A stretch of DNA of 28,388 bases from a virus (Duplodnaviria > Caudoviricetes), in IMG/VR virus record IMGVR_UViG_3300009481_000070, positions 1 through 28,388 of that record. One strand, given 5' to 3'. This document shows, piece after piece, positions 1-7,401 of this stretch (the first letter of the stretch is position 1; each line of letters starts with the position of its first letter). The notes below the pieces were generated by a model. The model searched no databases, was not told the origin of the DNA, and saw only the letters and a program-made list of their open reading frames with translations. The position numbers and the translations under genes were made by a program.

Positions 1-1
1 A

Positions 2-103
2 ACAAAATTTTGGAATCCTAACGAGTCGGCAAGTCCACAAGTTAGTAGTTTATTAATACAGAGAGCGAAAGCGATCTACAAAAAGCAAAAGGAGGACGCA
101 TGA
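2..103 (+). CDS. 5'-partial hypothetical protein (C-terminus TKFWNPNESASPQVSSLLIQRAKAIYKKQKEDA*)
   Basis: Hand translation: frame is open from base 2 to TGA at 101-103, which overlaps the next ATG (ATGA). Not in the ORF track. Confidence 0.65.
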   Translation, partial: TKFWNPNESASPQVSSLLIQRAKAIYKKQKEDA

Positions 104-516
104 CAAAAATATGGCGTAAGAACGAGTGGGAACAATTAGCTTTGTTTCCTGTGTCAGAACGAGAACGAGAAAACTTTTTAACCGATGGTTTTAGGGTTTT
201 TGTTTTTAGAATGTTCGACAGAAATTGTAGAGAAAGACGAGAACACGGGCAAGAAGAATACAAGAACGTGTTTCGATACTACAGAAAAAACCATGATTGG
301 TTGATTAATAGGTTTATGGAAAAAGAACAGCCAAAACCAAAGAAAAAAGGCAAGGATTACACGAAATGTTCTGATGTAGAACTTTTAAGAATACACCACG
401 AACTTAAAAAAGAGCCTTTGGTTGACTGCATAGTTACAGGAGAAATAACTATTGAATTAATTAGTAGGGGGTGGAGAAAACTCGACAACGAAACATGGAC
501 CTGGGAACTTCCGTAA
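100..516 (+). CDS. hypothetical phage protein, 138 aa
   Basis: Strong SD (AGGAGG, 90-95) before the ATG; ATGA coupling with the upstream ORF. Confidence 0.8.
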   Translation: MTKIWRKNEWEQLALFPVSERERENFLTDGFRVFVFRMFDRNCRERREHGQEEYKNVFRYYRKNHDWLINRFMEKEQPKPKKKGKDYTKCSDVELLRIHHELKKEPLVDCIVTGEITIELISRGWRKLDNETWTWELP

Positions 517-660
517 TTAGACAGGGTAAATAGTCGACATCATTTTTTCAAACATAGCCCTAAAGTCAGCAAGAGACATAAAGGGCATATCTTTTTTACT
601 TTGTTCCTTACAATAAACTCTATAACACCCTTCTAGTTGCTTTTCGGTGTAAAGAACCAT
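517..660 (-). CDS. small hypothetical phage protein, 47 aa (MVLYTEKQLEGCYRVYCKEQSKKDMPFMSLADFRAMFEKMMSTIYPV)
   Basis: Hand translation. The ATG overlaps the terS stop (TGATG) and the ORF fills the gap exactly up to the convergent stop at 516. Below the ORF-track length cutoff. Confidence 0.75.
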   Translation of the reverse strand: MVLYTEKQLEGCYRVYCKEQSKKDMPFMSLADFRAMFEKMMSTIYPV

Positions 661-1181
661 CAAACTTCCTCGTATTCGCCTTCTTCTGCTTCAAGCAAAG
701 GCGCATAATCTTTTAAAAAACCATCAATTCTTTGTTTCAATTCTATTTCGCTTAAGGACTCAAGCGATCCTGTTCGTATTTCTTTTCTATCTATATATAA
801 TCCGGCAGCACGTCCTCTTTGCACTTCGGCTGAAACGGCGGCAGTTAAGTTGCCTTTTTCTAATGCTTGGTCACGGATCTCAGCCAATTTTCTTATGTGT
901 CTATCAAAAGTGACATCAAACTTTTGTTGAAGTTCTCCTTGCATTTCTTGAATGTGGCGAACAACAAGGGGGTATTTTCTAGGGTTGGTAAGTTCGGCAG
1001 CCGAAACTCCGGCCCTTGTTTTAGAGTATCCGGCATCAATGGCGCATTGAGTTTTGGTTTTACTGCCATCATTGTAAACAAGTTCCCTTGCAAAGCGTTT
1101 CTGCTTGTCTGTAAGGTGCGGAACGTTCTTTCCGCTTGGGTTATTGGACCCAGGAGGTCCTTTTTGTTTCTTTTTGCTCAT
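660..1181 (-). CDS. terS: terminase small subunit
   Basis: N-terminal HTH pattern LTDKQKRFA...TQCAIDAGYS...AAELT...PLVVRHI typical of Terminase_2-like TerS; SD-like GAGGG upstream. Confidence 0.85.
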   Translation of the reverse strand: MSKKKQKGPPGSNNPSGKNVPHLTDKQKRFARELVYNDGSKTKTQCAIDAGYSKTRAGVSAAELTNPRKYPLVVRHIQEMQGELQQKFDVTFDRHIRKLAEIRDQALEKGNLTAAVSAEVQRGRAAGLYIDRKEIRTGSLESLSEIELKQRIDGFLKDYAPLLEAEEGEYEEV

Positions 1182-1230
1182 AAAAACCCTCGTTTTGCAA
1201 AATATAGCACAAAAACGTAAGAAAAAGTAA

Positions 1231-1463
1231 TCTCATTTTCTCAGTTCAACCTCAGTTGGTAGAAATGAGACCGAAACCCCTATAGGTAAAGGCTTTGAGG
1301 CTAATCTCAGTTTCTCAGTCGTGTTTTCAATGTTTGGTCCTGATAGTCAAAACCAAAAAATTGTAAAAATAGAACTTAGAAATGAGATTTAGTTAAAAAC
1401 ACTGTATATAGGGAATGTTCAAGGCATAATTCCTACCTCAGTTCTACTTTTGCAGAAATGAGG
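1231..1463. repeat. array of nine 8-bp repeats, consensus YCTCAKTT, in both orientations (iteron-like; candidate ori or pac region)
   Basis: Forward copies at 1231, 1239, 1250, 1305, 1313 (TCTCAGTC) and 1436; reverse copies (AAATGAGR) at 1263, 1380 and 1456. Lies in the largest non-coding gap (1182-1778). Confidence 0.8.
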
Positions 1464-1646
1464 TTTTTGCACGTTTGTTGTATCGCAACAACAAAACACC
1501 CCGCATAAAACAACAAGACTTTTTAGACTCATTCTAAAAAAGAAGCCCTTTTTGGCACTGGTCCCCGGTCCTTTCCCCTCTTTTTACCATCATTCCAAAA
1601 ACAGACCCCTCCCGAAAGGCCCGTAAACAAAGGGCTGTAAGACACA

Positions 1647-1655
1647 TGGTATAAT
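1647..1655 (+). promoter_or_regulatory. extended -10 sigma70-type promoter (TGgTATAAT)
   Basis: Perfect TGnTATAAT about 125 nt upstream of ORF 1779; no clear -35. Confidence 0.6.
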
Positions 1656-1684
1656 ATAAGAGTAGCAAGAACAGTGACAGTAGC

Positions 1685-1696
1685 GATCTTTAACAA
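1685..1696 (+). promoter_or_regulatory. boxA-like antitermination element (GATCTTTAACAA)
   Basis: 11/12 match to rrn boxA GCTCTTTAACAA, 30 nt downstream of the extended -10. Confidence 0.55.
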
Positions 1697-1778
1697 TCAG
1701 ATGCCATAGAAGGGTGCATGGACAACATGACACCAAGCAAAACTTAATTTTAATTAATCATAATAAAAGGAATAAAAT

Positions 1779-2129
1779 ATGAATAACTATATTGGAAAAA
1801 GAATACACTACGAATGGGACATGGAAACTCTTGGAGACGAAAACGACATTGTTGACTACGACCACATTGCGATAGGCTCTTTAGAGCGTCTTGTTTCATC
1901 TTATTTAGATTATTGGGACTACGATGATGAAATCATTTGTTCTTTTGATCTAGTTCTAGTGCAGGATTTTTGGACAGAAGACGAGGGAAAGATACACAGA
2001 GAATGGTATTACCTAAACACCTGTACTCTTGAGTTCAATCCACCACTTCCAGCAAAATACTTGCAAAAGGAATTTGAAAAATCATTACCGACTATCAGAA
2101 AGTTACAATTCAAAAAACCTATCAAGTAA
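1779..2129 (+). CDS. hypothetical acidic protein, 116 aa (probable early gene)
   Basis: SD AAGGA before the ATG; has its own promoter and a downstream terminator. Confidence 0.8.
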   Translation: MNNYIGKRIHYEWDMETLGDENDIVDYDHIAIGSLERLVSSYLDYWDYDDEIICSFDLVLVQDFWTEDEGKIHREWYYLNTCTLEFNPPLPAKYLQKEFEKSLPTIRKLQFKKPIK

Positions 2130-2132
2130 AAC

Positions 2133-2166
2133 AAAAACCCACATCATTCATTTGGTGTGGGTTTTT
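2133..2166. terminator. bidirectional intrinsic terminator
   Basis: AAAAACCCACATCA-ttcatt-TGGTGTGGGTTTTT, with A and T tails on both sides, between convergent genes. Confidence 0.8.
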
Positions 2167-2398
2167 CTTTGTTTGAAACCACAAGTATCAATCGATCCAA
2201 GTACCACCGGGCCTTCTTTAGATCCTCGATTGGTTTGCCCTTGTGTGGAAATCTCAAAAGATACTTCAAAACGTTCCCGAGCAAGTACCCGACAAAACCC
2301 TGGTCCCCGATTCCCGCTTCAATGACATCAATCACCTCCATTCCACCTTGATTATAGTGAGGCGGATGGTTGACCATATCCTCCTTATCAGTCGTCAT
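2144..2398 (-). CDS. DUF3310 family protein (T7 gp1.7-like nucleotide kinase domain), 84 aa
   Basis: Signature DMVNHPPHYNQGGMEVIDVI...GNVLKYLLR...KGKPIEDLKKARWYLDRLI. Start reassigned to ATG 2398. Confidence 0.85.
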   Translation of the reverse strand: MTTDKEDMVNHPPHYNQGGMEVIDVIEAGIGDQGFVGYLLGNVLKYLLRFPHKGKPIEDLKKARWYLDRLILVVSNKEKPTPNE

Positions 2399-2606
2399 AA
2401 GCTTTTCCGGTTGCTTTTTCCCACTCCCAAACAGCAGAAGCCGTGCAAAGATTGCTGCCTTCTTTAACACCTTTAACGAACCAAGGTGCAAACTCTCCTT
2501 TGTTTTCTTCAAACCAAGCTAAGAACTCAGGATCGGTTTTCTTTTTATGAACGCCCTCAACATAGGGCCTCGTTGGATTTAATCGTGTGTTGTTTGTTCT
2601 TTTCAT
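2388..2606 (-). CDS. hypothetical protein, 72 aa
   Basis: ATG 2606 lies 2 nt after the upstream stop; tightly packed operon. Confidence 0.7.
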   Translation of the reverse strand: MKRTNNTRLNPTRPYVEGVHKKKTDPEFLAWFEENKGEFAPWFVKGVKEGSNLCTASAVWEWEKATGKAYDD

Positions 2607-2608
2607 AC

Positions 2609-2887
2609 TTAATGCAGCAACTTGGGTGGTGATTTTTGATGCTCCCACATCAAAACAGCGTTCTTTGTGTCTTTAGCAGCTTTTTCTTTTTCAAATTCCG
2701 TTCTAGTAAAACCGTAGTATTCAGGATAAAAAACATTGTCATAACAATGATCGCAATATTGTTTTCCATCTTTTGCCAACCAAATAATTTCATCAACAAG
2801 TTCTTTTTTACACGCCTCACAAGAATCGTGTTTTTTCTTTTTAGTAGGAAAAGGAATAACCTTTCGTTGTTCTTTCTTTTTTGCCAT
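2609..2887 (-). CDS. small zinc-finger protein (CEAC...YCDHC), 92 aa
   Basis: Two CxxC pairs; GGAGG SD upstream. Confidence 0.75.
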   Translation of the reverse strand: MAKKKEQRKVIPFPTKKKKHDSCEACKKELVDEIIWLAKDGKQYCDHCYDNVFYPEYYGFTRTEFEKEKAAKDTKNAVLMWEHQKSPPKLLH

Positions 2888-2902
2888 TATATCCTCCGGC
2901 TT

Positions 2903-3193
2903 TTATACATATTCTCTTACAAAAATAGGTGTTTGTTCTCCAACATAAGCACCCACTACATTAAATTCCATGTGTTCAACTGCATCTTCAAGGCTCATGT
3001 CTCGTGTAAGCACCTGAACGCAATGATCGTAACTGTAGACGGCCCGTGGTGGACCCCATTCGTTTGAAACACCCATAAAGGCTTCTTCAAATCCGTCTGC
3101 AACCAACATGGCTTCACCTGTGTTCTCCAAAAACTCAGCCCAGTCAGCCAGTTTTTTTGGTCCTCGTCCGGCTATACTTCTTATCTTTGACAC
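2903..3193 (-). CDS. conserved hypothetical phage protein, 96 aa
   Basis: GTG start after AAGGAGAGG. The motif ADGFEEAFMG...AVYS...EDAVEHMEFNVVGAYVGEQTPIF is familiar from aquatic phages. Confidence 0.8.
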   Translation of the reverse strand: MSKIRSIAGRGPKKLADWAEFLENTGEAMLVADGFEEAFMGVSNEWGPPRAVYSYDHCVQVLTRDMSLEDAVEHMEFNVVGAYVGEQTPIFVREYV

Positions 3194-3278
3194 TTCCTCT
3201 CCTTTCTTTAAAAGTTTTGTTAATGACTTTTTGAAGTCTGCCCGACTTCATCAGTTTGTGTATGTCTTTTAAGAGCAT
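3144..3278 (-). CDS. small basic protein, 44 aa (MLLKDIHKLMKSGRLQKVINKTFKERRGSVKDKKYSRTRTKKTG)
   Basis: Hand translation. Fills the 3194-3268 gap, has AGGAG upstream and overlaps both neighbours. Not in the ORF track. Confidence 0.5.
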   Translation of the reverse strand: MLLKDIHKLMKSGRLQKVINKTFKERRGSVKDKKYSRTRTKKTG

Positions 3279-3478
3279 TTTATTATTTTAACTCCTGAAA
3301 CAATCAAAGCAAGACTGATAACTGCTTGAAGAAAAGCCCATCCAACCTTTAAAGAAAAAAGATTATTGAAAGTCCCTAAGAGCGTAAGCAAATAAAGATC
3401 GTTTTTAAAAACGAGTGTGGACAGATCAAGAAAAACAAAACCCAGGAGAATAATTAAGAGACCTACGACAATTTTCAT
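3269..3478 (-). CDS. small membrane protein, about 2 TM segments, 69 aa
   Basis: MKIVVGLLIILLGFVFL...WAFLQAVISLALIVSG; ATGA overlap with the upstream stop. Confidence 0.75.
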   Translation of the reverse strand: MKIVVGLLIILLGFVFLDLSTLVFKNDLYLLTLLGTFNNLFSLKVGWAFLQAVISLALIVSGVKIIKCS

Positions 3479-3957
3479 ACCCACCATTCCGGTTTTTCTC
3501 TGCCTTTTTCCCATTTCGCGTAGGTTTTTTCAGCGATACAGTAATTTCTATACGCTTTGACTGGATCTTCGTCCTTATATTCGTCAGGCATCGCTTGTGC
3601 AATTGGTGTCATGGCATTTAAAGGCATATTCCAAGGCAACTGAGACAAAAGAATATACAAGTCATTTACGCTTTTGTGTTTTTTACTGTAGCGAAAAGCG
3701 TATTCATCGCCCAACGCAAGAAAATGTCTGAGCAACCACTCATAATTCTTACTGGTTTCTCTGGCCCAGATCGTGCAAGGATGATTCTTGTAAGCAGCTT
3801 TGTAGAGACCCACCTTATCTGCGTATTCATCGCCGTCTAATTCTCGGTGTGCAGTGCACAACATCTGCGCAGTCTCTAAAGGCATCTTCACCAACATTTT
3901 GTCGGGTTGCGCCCTTGCTGCTTGGACCGGACATTTGTCAAAATAAAATATGTTCAT
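3475..3957 (-). CDS. pyrimidine-dimer DNA glycosylase-like protein (T4 endonuclease V-related family), 160 aa
   Basis: MNIFYFD...DKMLVKMPLETAQML...YKNHPCTIW...QAMPDEYK...AYRNY...KW...PEWW. Start reassigned to ATG 3957 after SD AAGGA. Confidence 0.75.
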   Translation of the reverse strand: MNIFYFDKCPVQAARAQPDKMLVKMPLETAQMLCTAHRELDGDEYADKVGLYKAAYKNHPCTIWARETSKNYEWLLRHFLALGDEYAFRYSKKHKSVNDLYILLSQLPWNMPLNAMTPIAQAMPDEYKDEDPVKAYRNYCIAEKTYAKWEKGREKPEWWV

Positions 3958-3971
3958 GGTTTTTTCCTTAT

Positions 3972-4053
3972 AGAACACTTTCCTGTAAACATTGAGAACT
4001 AAGTTATTGTTTAGTTTGTCTATATCAAAATACAAAAAACAGGAAAGCGTCCT
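3972..4053 (-). promoter_or_regulatory. structured 5' leader RNA
   Basis: 15-bp outer helix (4039-4053 with 3972-3986) plus inner helices. The mismatches within the helices are G-U pairs only on the - strand. Confidence 0.6.
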
Positions 4054-4062
4054 TATATAAGA

Positions 4063-4090
4063 AGTATAAGGATTAGTCTTATAATGTCAA
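4063..4090 (-). promoter_or_regulatory. sigma70 promoter TTGACA-N16-TATACT with overlapping inverted repeat TATAAG-N7-CTTATA
   Basis: Consensus -35 at 4085-4090 and -10 at 4063-4068 on the - strand, upstream of the small-gene operon. Confidence 0.75.
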
Positions 4091-4098
4091 GGAAAGGT

Positions 4099-4264
4099 GC
4101 CCCCTTTTTTAACGTCGTTTTAGGATAGAACCAATGGCAACGTTAAAATAACGCGCAGGGGGCGAGAACGTTCAATTCCCATTGGTAGCCTATTGTTTTT
4201 TGCGCACATAATTACCATAGACAGAAGCGCGAACGCAAAAAACTCGACGAGTTAAGCCAACCCG
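4099..4264 (-). ncRNA. candidate structured RNA (several helices plus a loop pairing), family unknown
   Basis: Helices 4099-4105/4157-4163, 4107-4117/4138-4148, 4195-4204/4234-4243, hairpin 4248-4264, and cross-pairing 4125-4137/4179-4193. G-U wobbles are consistent with the - strand. Confidence 0.55.
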
Positions 4265-4480
4265 TTATGAATTACGCGCTTCTGATAAGCCCATTAAGTA
4301 TTCGCCCTTTGCATCAAGGTGCGCTTCCATGGTGTCGCCGTTCTTGGAATAGTCTTTTGCTATATAACGAAGCAACTGTTCCTCAATCGTAATGTCACGG
4401 GCCAAAGAAGCCGTCCTCAACTTTTCAAAGTTCTCCGCAGAGAGCGATAAACATATTGTTTGTGAGTCTCTTAGTATCAT
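4265..4480 (-). CDS. small putative RHH-type DNA-binding protein, 71 aa
   Basis: Alternating beta pattern (TICLSLS) followed by two helices; no SD, possibly leaderless. Confidence 0.6.
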   Translation of the reverse strand: MILRDSQTICLSLSAENFEKLRTASLARDITIEEQLLRYIAKDYSKNGDTMEAHLDAKGEYLMGLSEARNS

Positions 4481-4513
4481 GTCCCATACAATAACTCAAA
4501 AAACAACAAAAAG

Positions 4514-4756
4514 TCAATCAAAATCTCCATCATTCCAGTTATCAATCATCGCATCGATGTTGGCTTGACCTTCTTTCTTTCTAAGACGTTTCCATTCTCT
4601 GTTTAACAAACGGCGCACAAAGTCACTGGTCCCTCGAATGTCGTTCCGGCTCATAATCTCTAAATTTCTTTTTTCTATGGCCGTAATGCGAATATTTATT
4701 TGGGTGTCTTTCTTTGCATCAGGACGAGGCAATCTGCGTCTTAGTTTTGAAACCAT
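4514..4756 (-). CDS. ribbon-helix-helix DNA-binding protein (Arc/MobC-like), 80 aa
   Basis: KDTQINIRIT...EKRNLE...SDFVRRLL pattern; SD GAGGTG. Confidence 0.75.
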   Translation of the reverse strand: MVSKLRRRLPRPDAKKDTQINIRITAIEKRNLEIMSRNDIRGTSDFVRRLLNREWKRLRKKEGQANIDAMIDNWNDGDFD

Positions 4757-6186
4757 TTTCGCACCTCACCTAGCACTTCGTTGGATATACTCACTTTCTT
4801 TTTTAATGACTCTAAAATTTTCTCATCTACTGTATTTTCACACACCATATCTACATAAGTACAACTTTTTTCCTGTCCAATCCGGTGTATTCGGTCCTCT
4901 GCTTGTATACGCAACTCCAAGTCATAGCTGTTGGAATAAAAAATCATATAACTTGCAGCAGTGAGAGTCAGTCCACGGCCCCCGGTGTGTGGATTGGAGA
5001 CAAAGAAACGCAACGGATCTTTCTCATCCTGAAAACGATCTAGAATACTTTCACGATCCTTTTGTGGTGTCTTACCATAATAAGAAGCAACACTGTCATC
5101 GCCAAAAGTTTCTGCAATCTTTTTAGTCAACTGCTCTATATCTGTTTGAAATACGGCGAAAATTATAGCTTTACCACTGACTTCATCAAGCACAGACAAG
5201 GTTTCTTTAATGCGATTATTGGGAAGAAGCTGTAGTTCTCCGTCCGGTGTGCGCAAACTACCCGCAACAATTTGCTGCAACCGCATCAACTGTGTTAAAA
5301 CAGTCTGTGTGGTATACACTTCGTCCTCAATTATCATCAACGCTTCTTGTTTCATCTGTTGATACGCCCTCTTTTGCTCGTCGCTCAACTCAACCGAGCG
5401 TTGCATGTAAACTTTTTCCGGTAAATCAAGGCACTTGTCCTTGGTCCACCGTGCTGAAAACTCTTTCAACATGCCTTGCAACTCGTCCAGTCGATGATAA
5501 CCCACCACTTCTTGAAAGCTGTTGTGTCCCATGCGCCTCATTTTAGTAATCGCAAACCGTGCTTTAAATGCGTAATAACTTTTGAACCCAAGCAAGAGCG
5601 GATTGAGAAAGGCGCATTGCGCAAAAAGGTCCAAGGGTGTTTTGGTCACAGGAAAACCCGTCAAAATTCGTTTGTATTCTGCATCGCGAGACAAAGCCAG
5701 TAGGTTTTTTGTGCGCTTTGCCTGTGGGTTTTTAATCAATGTGCTCTCATCAACGGCAATCATAGTATCGTGTCCTAAAACAAAACTTCGCGCAAATTTA
5801 AGTCCTTTGTCCGTGGAAAATGCTTCAACATTCATGGTCAGAATCTCTAATCGGTCCGAGTGTTCTTCTAATACAAGAGAACAATACTCTTGTTTCCAGG
5901 CTTTTGTATGGTTGGGTTGCCACACCACCACTTTTCGATTGATGCGGTCGGGTAAATGTTTGGGTATTTCATTCTTGTCCCAGTTTCTGAGGTTGCCTTT
6001 GGGTGTTATAATGAGCAGTGCGTTAATTTTACCGGCTTCGTAAAGTATCGCGGCGTTGTCTAAGAGAACTTTTGACTTACCGAGTCCCATTTCTAAGAAC
6101 AGAGCGAACTCTTTTCTGTGTGCACAACGGGCCAGTGTCTTCTCTTGGTGCTTGTATGGCACCGTTTGATATTCGTAGTTTAACAT
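4741..6186 (-). CDS. SNF2-family (SF2) helicase/ATPase, 481 aa
   Basis: Walker A EMGLGKS, DEST box, LTGFP, GLTLTAA and QAEDRIHRIGQ motifs. Confidence 0.93.
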   Translation of the reverse strand: MLNYEYQTVPYKHQEKTLARCAHRKEFALFLEMGLGKSKVLLDNAAILYEAGKINALLIITPKGNLRNWDKNEIPKHLPDRINRKVVVWQPNHTKAWKQEYCSLVLEEHSDRLEILTMNVEAFSTDKGLKFARSFVLGHDTMIAVDESTLIKNPQAKRTKNLLALSRDAEYKRILTGFPVTKTPLDLFAQCAFLNPLLLGFKSYYAFKARFAITKMRRMGHNSFQEVVGYHRLDELQGMLKEFSARWTKDKCLDLPEKVYMQRSVELSDEQKRAYQQMKQEALMIIEDEVYTTQTVLTQLMRLQQIVAGSLRTPDGELQLLPNNRIKETLSVLDEVSGKAIIFAVFQTDIEQLTKKIAETFGDDSVASYYGKTPQKDRESILDRFQDEKDPLRFFVSNPHTGGRGLTLTAASYMIFYSNSYDLELRIQAEDRIHRIGQEKSCTYVDMVCENTVDEKILESLKKKVSISNEVLGEVRKWFQN

Positions 6187-6228
6187 CTTATATTATCCTT
6201 TCTATTATATAACAATTCTTCTTATTGT

Positions 6229-6267
6229 TTTTTATTGTTGACAATAAAAGTATATATAGTCTATACT
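6229..6267 (+). promoter_or_regulatory. sigma70 promoter TTGACA-N18-TATACT for the replication operon; -35 inside the palindrome TTTTATTGT-TG-ACAATAAAA
   Basis: TTGACA at 6238-6243 and TATACT at 6262-6267 in the divergent intergenic region. Confidence 0.7.
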
Positions 6268-6327
6268 CCACTTGCAACCTGAAAAAGATAAGGTGTTGCA
6301 CAAAGAAAACTATATGGAGAAATACCA

Positions 6328-6519
6328 ATGAACAGTGAACAATCATCACTTTATATCGTCAACGTCACCGTAGGCGACCCCAACTCACACTTACCACTAA
6401 CAACCTCTTTTGGAATGTTTGAATCATTCGAACAGGCCCAAGGATTTATTGATACTACTTATGAGGACACACCTCATATATGCGAAGTGGTTCCTTTAAA
6501 CATTGTTTACACAAACTAG
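6328..6519 (+). CDS. hypothetical protein, 63 aa
   Basis: GGAG SD; first gene after the promoter. Confidence 0.7.
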   Translation: MNSEQSSLYIVNVTVGDPNSHLPLTTSFGMFESFEQAQGFIDTTYEDTPHICEVVPLNIVYTN

Positions 6520-6528
6520 GAGGTAGAC

Positions 6529-6801
6529 ATGAGTAAAAATAAAAAAGACCATAAAGGCAAAAGCGCACACAACAAACTCAACGAAGACATATTAGAAGCA
6601 GTCTTTGATGCGGCGGACGACTTAGAACCACCGCATGTGGTGTTTGTTGGAACCCATCTTTTTGCAAGCCTTGCGTATGATTCATGCAAAGACAAAGAAC
6701 AGGCAAAAGAATACGTTATGGGTATTGTTGAAGAGGCTTTTAGACACGACGAAGAGATAACGCAGCTAGAAGCAGAGGAGGTTTCAAATGTCGTCCACTA
6801 A
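6529..6801 (+). CDS. hypothetical protein, 90 aa
   Basis: AGGAGGT SD. Confidence 0.8.
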   Translation: MSKNKKDHKGKSAHNKLNEDILEAVFDAADDLEPPHVVFVGTHLFASLAYDSCKDKEQAKEYVMGIVEEAFRHDEEITQLEAEEVSNVVH

Positions 6802-7381
6802 ACCCGATGATGCTTTGTTGGACCTGTTTGAAGAAACGGTTGAGAAGAAAGTCACTAAAATTGACGACAAACAACTCAATTCTTTGGCAGAAAACATGAA
6901 CGCAATGCTTGAACTTGGCGGCCAAGTTGGAAACGCCGAGGAAAAACTAAAGCAGCTTAAAGAGAAGTATCGACAATACAGCGAAGAGATTATTCCCGAA
7001 CAAATGCAAAGCATGGGATTCAGTTCTCTTAGTATGGACGATGGTTCTCGTGTGTCTGTTGATCCTTTCTACTCCGCAAGAATTACAGAGAAGAACAAGC
7101 AGGAAGCACACGAATGGCTGCGTAAGAATGGCCTAGGTGATCTTGTAAGGAACACAGTCAGTGTTGAGTTTGACACAGGCGAAGACGAAATTGCGCAAAA
7201 GTTAATGAGCGCCCTCGAAAAGCAGAAATTTATTTACAAGCAACGCGAGGCTGTTCACCCATCTACTCTCAGAGCCGAAGTAAAACGGCTCATTGAAAGT
7301 GGCGAAACCGCGTTTGACAGTAGCACACAGAAACTTTTTTCTGTGTACACAGGACAACGCACAAAAATAATAAAAAGCTAA
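6788..7381 (+). CDS. conserved phage replication-module protein (coiled coil plus alpha/beta domain), 197 aa
   Basis: GGAGGT SD; motifs IPEQM...DGSRVSV...WLRKNGLGDLVRNTVSV.F...VHPSTL, of a kind usually found upstream of the SSB-like gene in such phages. Confidence 0.8.
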   Translation: MSSTKPDDALLDLFEETVEKKVTKIDDKQLNSLAENMNAMLELGGQVGNAEEKLKQLKEKYRQYSEEIIPEQMQSMGFSSLSMDDGSRVSVDPFYSARITEKNKQEAHEWLRKNGLGDLVRNTVSVEFDTGEDEIAQKLMSALEKQKFIYKQREAVHPSTLRAEVKRLIESGETAFDSSTQKLFSVYTGQRTKIIKS

Positions 7382-7401
7382 TAATATAGGAACGAAGAAA
7401 A

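Noticed and set aside
1231-1463. Repeat array as a CRISPR or mini-CRISPR
   Set aside because: Repeats are only 8-11 bp, in mixed orientation and irregularly spaced; no cas operon is present.
3225-3254. CUGAUGA followed by a hairpin on the - strand, resembling a hammerhead ribozyme core
   Set aside because: The hairpin is followed by UCAAAA rather than GAAA, stems I and III are not evident, and the region reads as a small CDS.
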